Assembly: GCA_001724265.1 (NCBI GenBank)
Contig: MEDY01000078.1
Span: 62,001-126,000, forward strand
From: Rhizaria sp. SCN 62-66
Taxonomy: Eukaryota
Direction: 5' to 3'
Length of the DNA stretch: 64,000 nt
The translations under genes and the position numbers were made by a program. Positions within the stretch are counted from its first letter, which is position 1. Each line of letters begins with the position of its first letter. Below the pieces are notes generated by a model, which saw only the letters and a list, made by a program, of their open reading frames with translations, made no database searches and had not been told where the DNA came from. Below are positions 1-12,022 of the stretch, one piece after another.

Positions 1-1766
1 CCGCGCCGCGCGGCTGCCACGCGCTGCTGCGCAAGGCGGCGCGGCTCTGCGCGTCTTCTTCCTCCTGCAGCTGGCGCGCCAGGCGCTCGTCCTCGTCCAT
101 CTGCGCTCGGCGGATCGCCTCCCAGCGCAGGGGCTCGCCCTGCAATAGTACAAAACAGACATATGGAACACGAAATAAGATGATATATCGTAGAAACGAA
201 ATAAAAGTATAATTAAAAGAAAAAGCACATGACTCTATAAATGTCAGTTCTTGAAACTGTGATACATGTCCCCAAATGTCCCTAAACGTTAGTATAACGT
301 AACGTACCTGCGCGAACATGGTTGTGCGCAGCGTGACGAGTCCGCTCCGGGGCTCGGCCGCGACCACCTTGAACGTGACGCCGTCAATGGGCACCTCGTC
401 GCCCACGGTCACCAGCGCCATGCGGCCCACGAAATACGGCTCCAGGTACCGAAAAAAGACCTGGTCCGGTGTGATCTGTTTCTCGCTGTTGGGCAGTGTC
501 TCGTAGACGGGCAGCAGGTGGATCTTGGTGATGTCCTCCAGCGGCGCGCCGTCGGTGAAGATCTCGGTGTCGGCGTCGACGTACCCGTTCGCCGGCTGGC
601 ACGCCACGGCCTTGAACTGCACCCCGCGGCTCACCAGCACGTCGCCCTGGGAGATGTGTGGCGCGCCCCCACTGCCGGCGCCGGTAAGCAACGGCCGAAC
701 ATAGTCGCGGAACAGGACGTCGGCCGCAGGCGGCGAGTTGGGGTTCGGCAGCGTCGCGCGCACGGGCAGCAAGTGGAGCTTGCGGATGGTCTCGAGCGAG
801 GACACGGGGGCGCCGAGGGAGAACACCGTCGTGTCGGTCGTGACGCCGTAGAACGGGTGGCACGACCCGACCTTGAAGTCGATCTGGACCCAGACCAAAA
901 CACAAAAAGCATACACATAACATGAGATGTCACTGAATTAAAATTATCATGGACATAAATACGTCTAGATTAACTAGCATCCGCGGTTTTTAATTAAAAT
1001 CCCTTGTTTAAACTTAGGTTTAGTTGTTTTCGCCCAACGTACGTGGCCAATCTGGAAACGTTCGTCGCGCGCGATGGGCACCCGCCTGCCCCGAAAGTAC
1101 GGCGCCAAGACCTGGGTCGCCACATCTTGCGGAGACATGCGGGAGAACTCGTCCGTGACGGACTCAACGAAAGGGTGCAGTGTGACGCGCAGCACCGCCT
1201 GCTGCTGAGGCACGATCTGCTGCTGCTGCTGCTGCTGCTGCTGTCCCTGCTGTTGTTGCGGTTGTTGTGATTGCGATGCGGGGGCGCCAGTGTTGTCGTT
1301 AGCGGCAAGGCGGGCGTAGCCGTTGGCGCCGGAGCCAGCGCCACCGGCGGCGTCGGCGTCGGCATCGGCGTCGCCGAGCAGCGACGGCGATGCTAGCGAC
1401 GAGCTTGCGCCGCTGTTGTTGTTGTTGTTGGGAACGTTAGCTGCAACGGGAGCGGCGACAGGGGGCAGAGGGTCGGCGAGTGAGCCGCAGCGGACGCAGA
1501 CGGAGGCGGCGCCGTTCAAGGCCTTTTCCTGTGCGGGGTGTTACGAGTGAGATGAGGTTGTTGGAAATTGATGAGAAGTGAATAAGTTTGCATAATATGT
1601 TTGATTCAATCTAAATATTAGCTGCATCATTGAAAACATAGTCATTCGCAGTATGATAAGTTATTTATCATAGACTGTGCGATATATGGATATATAAAGC
1701 GAAGCGTACCCTGCCTCCGCAGTAGGAGCATGAAAAGGGGGCCGGCTTGGTGGATTTGTTGCCCAT
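1..1766 (-). CDS. Protein with N-terminal MG..S (possible myristoylation), CxxC..CxxC zinc ribbon, three tandem CDC48/p97 Nc-subdomain-like repeats and an MIU-like motif; 3' end runs off the window
   Basis: Exons 1766-1710, 1528-1043, 883-308, 139-<1 with GT..AG introns and consistent phase. Begins MGNKSTKPAPFSCSYCGGR|EKALNGAASVCVRCG. Repeats such as KIHLLPVYETL...FFRYLEPYFVGRMALVTVGDEVPIDGVTFKVVAAEPRSGLVTLRTTMFAQ|GEPL resemble the p97 Nc subdomain. Followed by DERLARQLQEEE. Confidence 0.75.
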
Positions 1767-2986
1767 TTTAGCGCTGAGAGTGGTGGCAAACCAGCGGGTT
1801 GCGTGCGCTTCAAGTAGGATAGAGAGCTGAAGCACGCTGCTGTGTCAGCGTCGGGAGGGTCAGAGTGAGAGCGTGTCGCAAACAGACGGCAGCCGACCGA
1901 GCAAGCAGCAGGGGGGAAGCGTCGCTGTTGCTGGTGCGTCTGCGGACTAGGATGACAGATTTGCGCACAAAATGCTGCGGATTGCGATGTCTTTAGTGAT
2001 ATAATTCGAGCAAATGCAGTTTTAATGTGATGAATTTGCGTTGGTGGGGCGAGGGAGGTCGGGGAATAAAGGAAGGACGAGGACGAGGGTAAGAAGGTTT
2101 GGTAACGGGGATTTGTGATGGGATTTCACGTCGAAAATCAACACTAATAGACGCAAAACTCGCTGTTAACAATAAAAATGTAGTGCAATATAGATACCAT
2201 GCATCAAAATTCCCATTGATAATCGCTGTGAACGTGGCCGGGGCCGGGAGAGAAGTGGGTCGAAAGATCTCGGGCTCTTGAAGCTGGACTCCCTTTGAGA
2301 CTGTAGCACTGCCGACACAGTCCCTGATCGCAAATAAAAAGAATTAGTTGATATCAAAAGCCGTTTGGCTCTTGGAAAATCCTCGTGAAATTCTGCATAG
2401 ACGGGCTTAGATCTTGCATTGGACCTGTCTTTTGCCTGCCAGCAACTCTGTGCAGAGACCAAATCCCACCACAAACAGATTCGGGCACTGAAAGAGTAAC
2501 GGGTGTTGCTCAATTGCGGTATATATCTGAGGTTCTCGTGTCAATTTTGTAATATTATAAGATATTATACAAATTATATTGGTGATTAGAGTGAAAATCT
2601 GCTTGGCTGCCATGCATGTCTCTTATCAACATAAAATAGCACCAACGCATGCCACGCGTAACTTGAAGCAAGTGCGAACAACCCCGAATTGACGTTACAT
2701 CGGGTCAGCTATGCACTGCAATACAAAATACGCATTGCATACCTCCTAGGCAACATGATAGTCGCATCCAGTTGTCATAATGCATTGTGAATCAGACGTG
2801 TGAACTGTCAATACACACAGTAACAACCACTTGCATCCGCAACACTGCTAATGATATATTTTGTGTATTATTTGAGCTTAGCTTGTTTGAAAATACCTAA
2901 AATGGTAAGTGTGCGTGAAATGAAATTCATGCTTTGTACTGCTAGATAAAAAGCGGACAATGTCTCCTCTTCGATTACAAACACGG

Positions 2987-3027
2987 GTGTTCGCTGAATA
3001 GCACAGTGTGTGTTCGCTGAATAGCAC
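2987..3027. repeat. Direct repeat GTGTTCGCTGAATAGCAC x2, downstream of the RING gene
   Basis: Identical 18-mers at 2987-3004 and 3010-3027. Confidence 0.8.
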
Positions 3028-3104
3028 GTCTCGCAGCCCCTCGCTCGGGTTCACGCACTCACCGTCACCTTAACTGGCTGGCTGGCTGGCTAACGAGTGA
3101 TGTC

Positions 3105-3762
3105 TTAGCCAAATTCGCGCCTGCAGACGGGGCAGGACATCCGCTTCTTCAGCCACTCATCTATGCAGCCCCGGTGGAAGGTGTGGAAACACGGCAGCGT
3201 CTTGAGCTCCTCGCCGGCCGCGTACTCGCCCATGCAGACGTCGCACGTGCGCGCCGCCTCCGCCGCCTCCGTCGCCGCGGCCGCGGCGGCCGGGCTGCTG
3301 AGGCTGCTTGACTGCGACTGCGAGTTGGCTGACGGGGTCGGGGGCACATAGACCGACACAGGGAAGTCGCGCGGCGTGAGGCCGGGCGGTCGGCGCTCGA
3401 GGCCCCTGTCATCGGCGCCAAAGCCGCCGCCGCCGTTGTTAAAGTGGTGGTAGTTTTCGTTGTGCTGCCGCGCGATCGCCTCGAGCTGCCGCCTCTCCCT
3501 CGGCGCCCGCGCCCGCGCCCCCGCGTTGGGCCGCGCCCTCATCTCCTGCACCTGCAGCTTGCGCGCCAGGGCCGCGTCTGCGCGCTCCTGTTCGTATAGC
3601 GCGCGCGCTACGGATTGGTCGTTGCGCTCTTGCTCATAGAGAGCGCGTGCCATCGCGGCGTCGACCTGCGTTTGCAGCGCGCGCGCGACGACAGCGTCCG
3701 CCTTCTCCTGGCGCTCGCGCTGCCGCCGCTCCTGCTGCGCGCGCAGCTACTACTGCCCCCGC

Positions 3763-3852
<90 letters not shown>

Positions 3853-4207
3853 GCTGCTGCTGCTGCTGCGCATTAGCAGCAGCAGCAGCAGCCGCGGCGG
3901 CGGTGGCGGCGGCGGCATCGCGTATCATGGCGCTTTGCTGTCGCTGTTGCAGCTGGATCTGCTGTAACTGTTGCAGCTGCCAATGCTGTTGGCTCTCCTG
4001 TGGTTGGCTTTCTTGCGGTTGTCGCTGCGGTTGCTGCTGTGGCTGATGCCGATGTGCTTGCTGGTGCTGAGGTGTTTGTTGTTGCTGTGCGCGCTGGGCG
4101 TAATAGCGCTCGTGCTGCTGCTGCTGTCGCTGCTGCAGCTGCCACTGCATCTACTCCAGATGCTGCCGCTGCTGCTCCTCGGTGATCCTCGGCTTCGGCT
4201 GCGACAT
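3105..4207 (-). CDS. RING-H2 E3 ubiquitin ligase with Q-rich N-terminus and four MIU-like repeats; 3 in-frame TAG and one 1-nt frameshift in the CAG tract
   Basis: C-terminal CDVCMGEY...LPCFHTFHRGCIDEWL...SCPVCR, stop TAA. Repeats DAVVARALQ, DAAMARALYEQE, DQSVARALYEQE, DAALARKLQVQE. ATG at 4207 (MSQPKPRITEEQQRQHLE*MQWQ). TAGs at 4151, 3750 and 3747. Frameshift near 3851 (cag ca cag). Confidence 0.8.
3765..3870. repeat. (CTG/CAG)n microsatellite encoding poly-Q, with one interruption
   Basis: Long CTG run on the + strand inside the RING gene. Confidence 0.95.
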
Positions 4208-5032
4208 GGCTGCGCCAGGGTGGTGTGAGCTGAGCTCCAGCGATAAGGAAGATCCACAAGTTGCTCGGGTGAAGTGTAGAGCGAGCTGCAAGGCAAAATC
4301 CAAAAGGCTCGGTGAGAAGTTAGAGGCTTTAATCCAAAATGCACATTTTTAGTTCGTTTAAATGCGAATATAGCCGTTGAATGTCATGGCAAAGTGTTTA
4401 GTGGACAATTGCGCTAAGAGAAAATAGAAAGGTTATATTGGGCCCGTAAGTTCGTTGTTGCATAGAAAAACACATAAATGATATAAAACAGTAAAATTTA
4501 CAAGTGAAAATATAACTACTCTCTCACTCAAAGCTCTTTTGTTGATAAATGTCTCTTTTTTGATTGTCACTCTCAGAGTGGTGGCCCACCACAAACAGAA
4601 AACGGTGCAACTAAGAACATAATCACACTGCATACAGTTCGACATATGCATTAGTACCAACTAAGTTGCGCGATTTAAATTAACGAGCGTGTTTATAACC
4701 TGTAAAAAAACACAAATGTGTCCTGGACACGCGATAGTGACAGATATAAATACGGATCAAAGTGCGAAAGCTCACGTCACTAAACTAATAGATATCACGT
4801 AACGTGTAAAAAGAAGGTTAGGTCAAACAGTTTAGAGAAGAAGAAAAAAAAAATCACGCTCAAGAAAAAGAGTGTTGTCGAAAAGATCGGCTTCAACATC
4901 TAATCCGTCCAAACCGACAAAGACAAAGGGTGATCAATGGGAGACAATGATCAATGTGAGACAAATGCGCATGGCATATCAGACGTTCAACGGTGCGGTG
5001 CATTTGCATCATCTGCCTGCGCACAGTCGTTG

Positions 5033-7361
5033 TCACTTCTTCTCCTCGCAGCCCCGGCCGCTCTTGCTCACTGCGCCATCTTCTTCCTCGTCGTCATCGT
5101 CGTCGTCTGTTGGGGCGTAGTCAGGATGCGTGTCCTGGTAGGTCTTCTCAATCGACGGCGGCGCGGGCACAGCCTTACGGGGGGGCGGGCGGTCCGGCGC
5201 CTTGTTCGCCGACGCGGCGATCGCAGCGAGTGACCCTTGAGGCTTGTGGGCAGGCGCCTGACGCGCAGATGCAGCAGTCGTGGCAGTCGAAGTGGCAGCA
5301 GCAGCAGGATGAGGAACAGCAGCAGCAGGACGATGAACAGCAGCAGCAGGACGATGAACAGCAGCAGCAGGAACAGCTGCAGTTCCTGAAGCGTGGTTTG
5401 CGCTTGCATCTGCAGCAGTGCCGCCACAACCCAGTTGGTGTTGCTCTAGTTCTTGGTGCTACAGTCGTTGAATCCGCTCTGCAGCCTCCTGCTCCAGCTC
5501 CGCTCGCCGCCTCAAAAAATCAAGCTCGCGCCCCGACATATCGCGCTTCCTGCATTCGCGTTTCTCACGCTCCCGCTGCGCGCGCTGCTCCAGCTCCCTC
5601 TGAGTCGCCAGCTCCAGCTGCTGCTGCTGCCGCTGCTCCTCGAGCTGCCGCCGCAACTGTTCCAGCTCCTGCTGCTGCCGCTGAAGCCGCCCCTCAAGTT
5701 CCAGCCGAACACGCTCCTGCTCCTGCTTCTCTCGCCGCAACGGCTCCAGCTCCTGCTGCTGCCGCCGAAGCCGCCCCTCAAGTTCCAGCCGAACACGCTC
5801 CTGCTCCTGCTTCTCTCGCCGCAACGGCTCCAGCTCCTGCTGCTGCCGCCGAAGCTTGCCGCAGTTGCTCTTTAAACTGCCGCTGCTGCTGCTCCTGCTG
5901 CAAACGCGCTTGTTCATGCTGTCGCAGCCGTTCTTGCTGCAGCTGCTGCTCCTGCTAATGTCGTAAGCGCGCACGCTCTTGCTCGAGCTCTCGGCGATGC
6001 TGCCCCCGCGCCTGTGCAAGTGCAAGCTCAATCAAACGCACAGCTTCCCGTGCGCGCTCCAGCTCCCGCACCCGTTCCAGCTCGCGCCTCTACTGCTCCG
6101 CCAGCAGCATCGCGCACTGGGCGCGCTCGACCTCCCGGACGCGCTCGATCGTGAGCTGCCGCTGCGGTTCGTGTGCCTGCTCGGGCTCACGCTCCTGCGC
6201 TTGCACCTGCGCTCGCTGCTGCTGTTGCAGCTGTAGCTGCTGCTGCCGCAGAGCCGCAAACGCGCGGTGGCGGCGGTATAGCTGGAGCGCGCAGCACGCA
6301 GTGACGCCCAGCAGCGCCGCGAACATAAGTTTGCCCCACCAACGCTCCCGCGCGAGAGCTGAGGCCGCAGACGCGCCCGCGCCCGCCGCGCTGAGATGAG
6401 GACCGATGTCCCCAGCAGATGCGGCGCCAGCAGCCGAGTCAAGACCAAAGTCAAAGACAGAGCGTGAATCACCCTCTGCCACAGCCAAAGCCACGGTCAC
6501 CAGAGGCACGGGGCCGGTGCCACCGCCGTCGAAGTCGAGCCCCTCTCCTGGCATCTCTTCTGGCATCTCTCCTGGCATCTCTGCGAGCATCTCTGCTGAC
6601 GCCTCTGCGGGCGCAGCTGCTGACGCGCCGACCAGCCACCTCGCCACGCTGGTGACCGACGAGAGCGAGCTCGCCGCGGCATTGGCGGAGCCGCTGGCGA
6701 CCGCGTTGACGACGCCGGCTGCGAATGAGGCCGAGCTCGACGCGACAGCCTCAGCGGGCCCCGAGCTCGCCGACATGGCGGCTGACGCGGCGTCGGAAAC
6801 CGCGTTGAGGGCCGACGCAGACGCGGTCGCGGAGGCGGCGGCCGCGGCGGGGCCCGCGCTCGAGGAGAGCGCGGCGGAGGCGACGTTGGACACGGCGGAT
6901 GCGGCAGAGGTTGAGGCCGCGGCGACTGAGGAGGCGACGGTACCAGCCGCCGAGGCGGTCATGCTGGCGGCGGTGCCGGCGGCCGAGTATATGGAGCTGA
7001 GCCAACCGGCTCCAGACTGCATGGTTCAAGTTTTAGAAGCGGTGTGAAGTCATGAAGAGACGAATGGGATCAATGTGAGCTTGGGACGATGGGGTCATAA
7101 AAACGGTGTATAGCAAGAACAATGGACTAATAAAGGGCATCATGAAGACATTTAGCCATAAACAGAAACAGAGCGCTTGTGCGTTAAAGGACGGACCTCT
7201 ACGGCTCCGCTAGGAGGCGGTGGTGGCGATAGGAGCGAGCTGTCGATGTTCTCCAATGATGATGGTGGCGGAGGGGTTCTCCAAAGCAACGACGATGCGC
7301 TTATCACATACGAGCCCAAGACACCGCGGATACCGGAATTACCCGAGTCATTCGGCTACAT
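5033..7361 (-). CDS. Ala/Ser-rich, single-TM, Q/E/R-rich coiled-coil protein (family member 1); in-frame TAGs and a frameshift, possibly a pseudogene
   Basis: Putative exon 7361-7197 (Pro-rich), intron 7196-7017, exon 7016-5033. Hydrophobic segment LMFAALLGVTACCALQLY. TAGs at 6090, 5955, 5459 and possibly 7356. Frameshift near 5855. Ends IEKTYQDTHPDYAPTDDDD...EKK-TGA. Start uncertain. Confidence 0.55.
5683..5855. repeat. 84-bp tandem duplication encoding LRRQQQELEPLRREKQEQERVRLELEGR on the - strand
   Basis: Units start at 5683 and 5767 with matching sequence; a third unit starts at 5851. Confidence 0.9.
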
Positions 7362-8138
7362 CGGGTAGCGCAATCAAAACGCTCGTTAACGCTATATGTA
7401 TCGTAGGCAATAGCCGTTTTGTCAGCACTCCAACGCCTTCGCATCGACTCATGACTCCACAAGCGACTTCAAAATGAGAGCATATTCCGTTGGAGTAATC
7501 GTCGAAGTGCTTGAAACTAAATGCGCAGATACTAAAGCTAGTGTATATATATTTCTCTTCAATAATATGTTCTTCAACTTGTATCTCTCTCTCTCTGTGT
7601 GACGAATGGTAACGTCACGAAAGACTGCTGCTCTGGTGGTGTCTAAAAAGTGTCTGGCTTGCACAGTCACCACAATCCGGTCTGCCTGCGCATGTACTGC
7701 GGACAAACACTCATAGACTGTGGGCGCGAATTTGGTGGCGTCGCCAATTGCGACATTGCTACTCGGACAGCGCTTCGTAAATCGCGCTCACCTCAACAAT
7801 GCTCCCAGGCCCAATGCTGCAAAACAATATCCCAAGTTTGCTACAAGTGACACGTCACATATATCACTTAAAATTCGATAGCAGCAACTGTACTCATGTT
7901 ATCCATAACTTTGATTGTGTCATCTGATGCCATATATCATGAGATACAAGCAGAACACACAGCTGCGCAAGCGGAAGTCTTTATCGTCGACTTCCGATGA
8001 ACACACACATCGAAGACCGGATCGGAGACACAAAACAAATAAACTGGATCGAAATATCATGTTGGAATCAAAACTAGAACAAGGCTAATGAGCTATGAGA
8101 CGTCGCTGATACACACTGACGTTTATCAACTTACCCAG

Positions 8139-9057
8139 TCACCTGTTGGCCATCTCATCTTCGTCGTCAGAGGGAACGTAATCTGGGTGTGTGTCGAAAA
8201 ACGTGGATTCATGCTGCGGTGGCGCTGCCAGCGCCTTCTTGACACGAGGACGGGAAGCAGTAGCCGTCGCATTTGCAGCCGCATTTTCAGACATATCTGC
8301 AGTCGTAATTGCCGTCGCACGCACAGACGCACGCGCAGTAGCAGGAGCGGGAGCAGCAGCAGCAGCAGCAGCAGCAGGGACAACAGCTCTGGTAGCGGCA
8401 GCGGCAGAGGCAGTGGTGTGAACGTGGTTGGCGCGCCCAACCTGCTGCAGCCGCTGCTGCTGTTGCTGCTGTTGCTGCTGTTGTTGTTTCCGCGGCTCAG
8501 CCCGCTGCAGCCGCTGCCGTGCAGCCGCTGTTGCTCTCGCTGCTGCTCCCGCTATTGCTGCCGATGCTGCACATACTGCCGCCGCTGCTGCTGCTCTAGC
8601 CGCTGCTGCTCTACTTCCTGACGCCTCCACCGCTCCTGCTCCCGCCCCCTCTGCTCCCGCCGCTTGTGCTCCCGCCGCTTCTACGCGTGCTCCTTCCACT
8701 TCTGCGCGCGTTCCTTCCGCCTCTGCGCGCGCTCATGTTGCGAGCGCGCACGCGCCTGCTCCTGCTGCTCCTGTTCTTGCTGCTGCTGCAGCTGCTGCTT
8801 TTGCTCCTGCTCCTGCTGGAGCTTCTGCTGTTGCTCTTGCTGCTACAGTTGGCGCCGCTGCTCCTGCTCACGCTGCTCATCTTGCAGCGCCTCCTCTGCC
8901 CACGCAGCCACCGCTCGCGTCTGTTTGTGCTTATGTTTCTCGCACTGCACCCACTCCTGCAAACTCCTCAACGCTTGCAAACGAGCTCGTTCCTCCCGCT
9001 CGCGTTGCTGGCGCTCCTGCTTATGCTTCTGTTTCTGCCTCTGCTTCTCGCGCTGAC
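8139..9057 (-). pseudogene. Q/E/R-rich coiled-coil fragment (family member 2); no clear start, 3 in-frame TAG, one frameshift
   Basis: Frame RQREKQRQKQKHKQERQQ... with TAGs at 8843, 8681 and 8552; frameshift near 8520. Ends HESTFFDTHPDYVPSDDEDEMANR-TGA. In-frame TAA just upstream near 9062, so it is 5'-truncated or spliced to an unseen exon. Confidence 0.45.
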
Positions 9058-9256
9058 GATTTTATGAAGCGGTTGTGGCTTCAGCGATAAGGTTCGGTTC
9101 AGCAAAAGAGCCGCCCAGGCCGGTAGTAGATTACTGGCAGAAACCTGAAAAGTGTATTATTTCTCTAGATATACACATAATTTGATCGGAGCTTGCTTTC
9201 TAAGTCAATTCCAGGCGGAAATGTGGGCTCTCGTGCGAGTCAGCACCGACTATATT

Positions 9257-12022
9257 TTACATGGACTCGAAACCTCGGAAAGAAACTGTCACCTTTGCTG
9301 CGCTTGCGCCAGCGCCGCAGCTCCCGGCTCGACAACGCGCCTCGAAGCACTGAAGCACCGCCGCGTCAAACGGCTCGCTCCCGCTGTCGCGCTTCGCCGG
9401 CTCCTCGCCCGCCGCGCACGACAGCACGCGGCCGACGGGAACGGCGCCGCGCAGCAGACTCGCCGGGCAGGGCTTGAAGACGATAAACCATGGCGTGTCG
9501 CGCGGCCCGACCTACGCGGGGTACTGCTCGGGAACTGGGGCGCGGGCGCGCATCAGCACGGTGCCGACGGGGTACACCACTTCCGCCGCCGCCGCCGCTG
9601 CCGTCGCCGCCGCTGACGACGACGACGACGACGACGACGCTGCAGCTGCGTCTGTGTCTGTGGCAGTAGCAGCAGCAGTTGTTGCAGTAGCAGGTGCTGT
9701 TGCCGCTGCGTCTTCGCCGTACACGACATCGCTCTCCGGAAGCGGCATAGAGGACGCAGGCGCAGTAAAAGAGGCAGTGGCAGGCGCTGTGGCGCAAGGA
9801 AGTCCGGAGTCGTGACTGTAGAACATCGTGACGTACGGCAGCGACGCCCCCGCGCAATGCGCGGACGGTGCGAAGCACGTGTGCAGGTCGCTACCCATCG
9901 CATCGTCGAGCACTGCCGCGCGGAAATAGGCCGCGTTGCAGGGAAACCGCTCGTCATCGAGCTTGATCAGCTTCATGTAGGTCTGCTACTGTGGATGTGC
10001 GGCGCTGCGGGGAAGGTACATCGCCATGAGGACGTTGGAGGCCACGTGCCACGCGCTCACCTTAGCCCGCGTGTGGACGAGAACGAGCTCGCGCGCGCGC
10101 GCCCGCAGCACCGCCAGCGCCGCGGGCGACGGCGGCGCGCCGCTGTGTATGCGCAGCTGCTGCGACACAGACGGCCGTGGCCGAAAGGCTTTGCTGCCGG
10201 AGTCGAAGGCGAGCCGCCGCGGGTAGCCGCCAGCTTCTAGAATGAGCGCGGCGTGCGCGTCAAGCACTGCCTTCCAGTCTGGTTGCGGGCTCCCAGTGCA
10301 CGTGCGCAGGTCTGCCAGCGTCTGGAGCCGGAGCGCCTCTGTCGCGGGCGTGTCGGGCGCGAGCAAGTCCAGGCTTGCGAGCAGCGCGCGCAACTGTGCC
10401 ATCTCGTGCGATATAGGTCCGGCGTTGTCACCTTGCACGCAGTCGTCAAAGCGCAGTAGATCGAGCGCCTGTGGGCCCCGGCAGGCAACGAACTCGACCG
10501 CGACGGGGTTTTGCGACGCAGGGCCACTGCCCCGCATCACAGTGCCAGATGATGTGTCGATGAAGCTCATCATCATTATGCGCAGTACACGCAAAAGCCG
10601 AGTGATATGTTCAATATTTGACGGATAATCAGTGTTCTGTCTTGCAATAGCATCTCGATCACAGTTAGCCACAGCAAAGTTCCTCAGAAAATTGCAGCAA
10701 AGCCGCACAGCGCCGTCGGCCAGCAGCTGCTGCGCCGCATATAACCGGTCCGTGGCGGCACTGAGAACGCTGTCAAAGACACGCACGGAATTGACTGCCA
10801 ACGTAACATCGTTAGACAACAGTGAACCGCAGAAGTCATCGTTAAGGCAACGTAAAACCCGCGCAAAACCGTCGAGTGAGGCTATCTCCAGAGCAAAGGC
10901 GGGAAATCGGGATGCCAAAGGGGCGGAGACCGCCATAAACCAAACTGCCGTCTCAAGATCACGCATTTTGATCTCCCGAAAGCTAGTCAAAACTTGCTCA
11001 ATCCGCTGGGGAGTGAAAGCTCGCTCAAACGCGGTGTCATCAAATAAGTCTAAAAACGAAGCAAAATGTTGAAGAATGTCGTGGTCTGCGAGCCTCGTCA
11101 GCAGCGGATCAAACTCCTCACTGGCCGCAAAATCCGCCAGGGCCTCACAGCGCATCGCGTCTCTGTCGGCGCCGATGACAGCACAGCCGCCGTCGGTGTC
11201 ACAACGCGCACTGGCAACGTTGTCGTCGCTGTCGCGCTTAAACACACAGTGCAGGGCTTGGTAGATGGGGACGAAGACGGCGAGACTCAACCGACGCGGC
11301 AGTAAATGGCGGCGAATGATGTTGCGCAGCAGCGGAATAAACGCGGACAAGGTGGTGTAAGAAAGCTGAGTCGCACTTTTGTTGTCAGTCAGACTGTTCG
11401 TCGTCGCTGTCGGAGCCGTACTCATGAGGAAGGTGGCGAGAAGCTTGCCTAGCGCACGGTGATAGTCGTCGCCATACCGCGCCATCTCAGACAGCGGCTC
11501 CTCCGGAGGCTGTTGCAGCTGGTCAACCTCACACATGTGCGCAAATACGTGCGCCAGCGCAGCAAGCCTCTCCGGCGCCGCTATCGCGGTCTTGCGGGCG
11601 ACGCCGCTGACCAGGTCGAACAGGGTCGTCACGACGCAAAGCTGCTGCGCTAGGCCGTGGCGGCGCAGAACCGCGAGAAAGCTCGCAATAACGCCGCTCT
11701 CCGCAAGCAACTCGCGGCCACCCGTGAACCATATCATGTAGGCGAACAGGTTGATGCTCATGTTGATCCGGTCCGTGGCAGCGACCGCGTTTGTTTTCGC
11801 GACGGTGGAGTCGGCGTCGGCGACTGTGTCGCCCGAGAACACGAGCGACTGCATCAGCAGCGGGACAACCCCGCTTTCGCGGAGCACGTCAACACGAGAC
11901 TGGACGGTAAACGCGTCCCGGAGCTCGGTCAGAGCGGCCAAATCGATGTCCAGAGCCGCGATACGGTTCGCCGCGACGTGCAGGCGGAGGACGGCTCGCT
12001 CAACCGGCGACAAAGCGCTCAT
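9257..12022 (-). CDS. About 921-aa intronless protein: helical (possibly ARM-like) N-terminal region and degenerate cyclophilin-like C-terminal domain; 2 in-frame TAG
   Basis: ORFs 9986-12022 and 9512-9976 share one frame, joined by TAG (HPQ*QTYMKLIKLDDERFP). A second TAG at 9512 (GTVLMRARAPVPEQYPA*VGPRDTPWFIVFKPCPASLLRGAVPVGRVL) continues to TAA at 9257, where AT-rich DNA begins. Confidence 0.65.

Noticed and set aside
2099-2613. Short AT-rich ORFs between the first two genes
   Set aside because: Composition unlike real exons and no recognisable motif.
3608-4344. Many overlapping poly-S/A/L/C ORFs around CAG tracts (also 8088-9090 and 13098-13806)
   Set aside because: Alternate-frame and antisense shadows of GC-rich trinucleotide repeats; no independent coding signal.
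5683-5855. CRISPR-like or mobile-element reading of the tandem repeat
   Set aside because: An in-frame 84-bp coding duplication with no spacers or terminal repeats.
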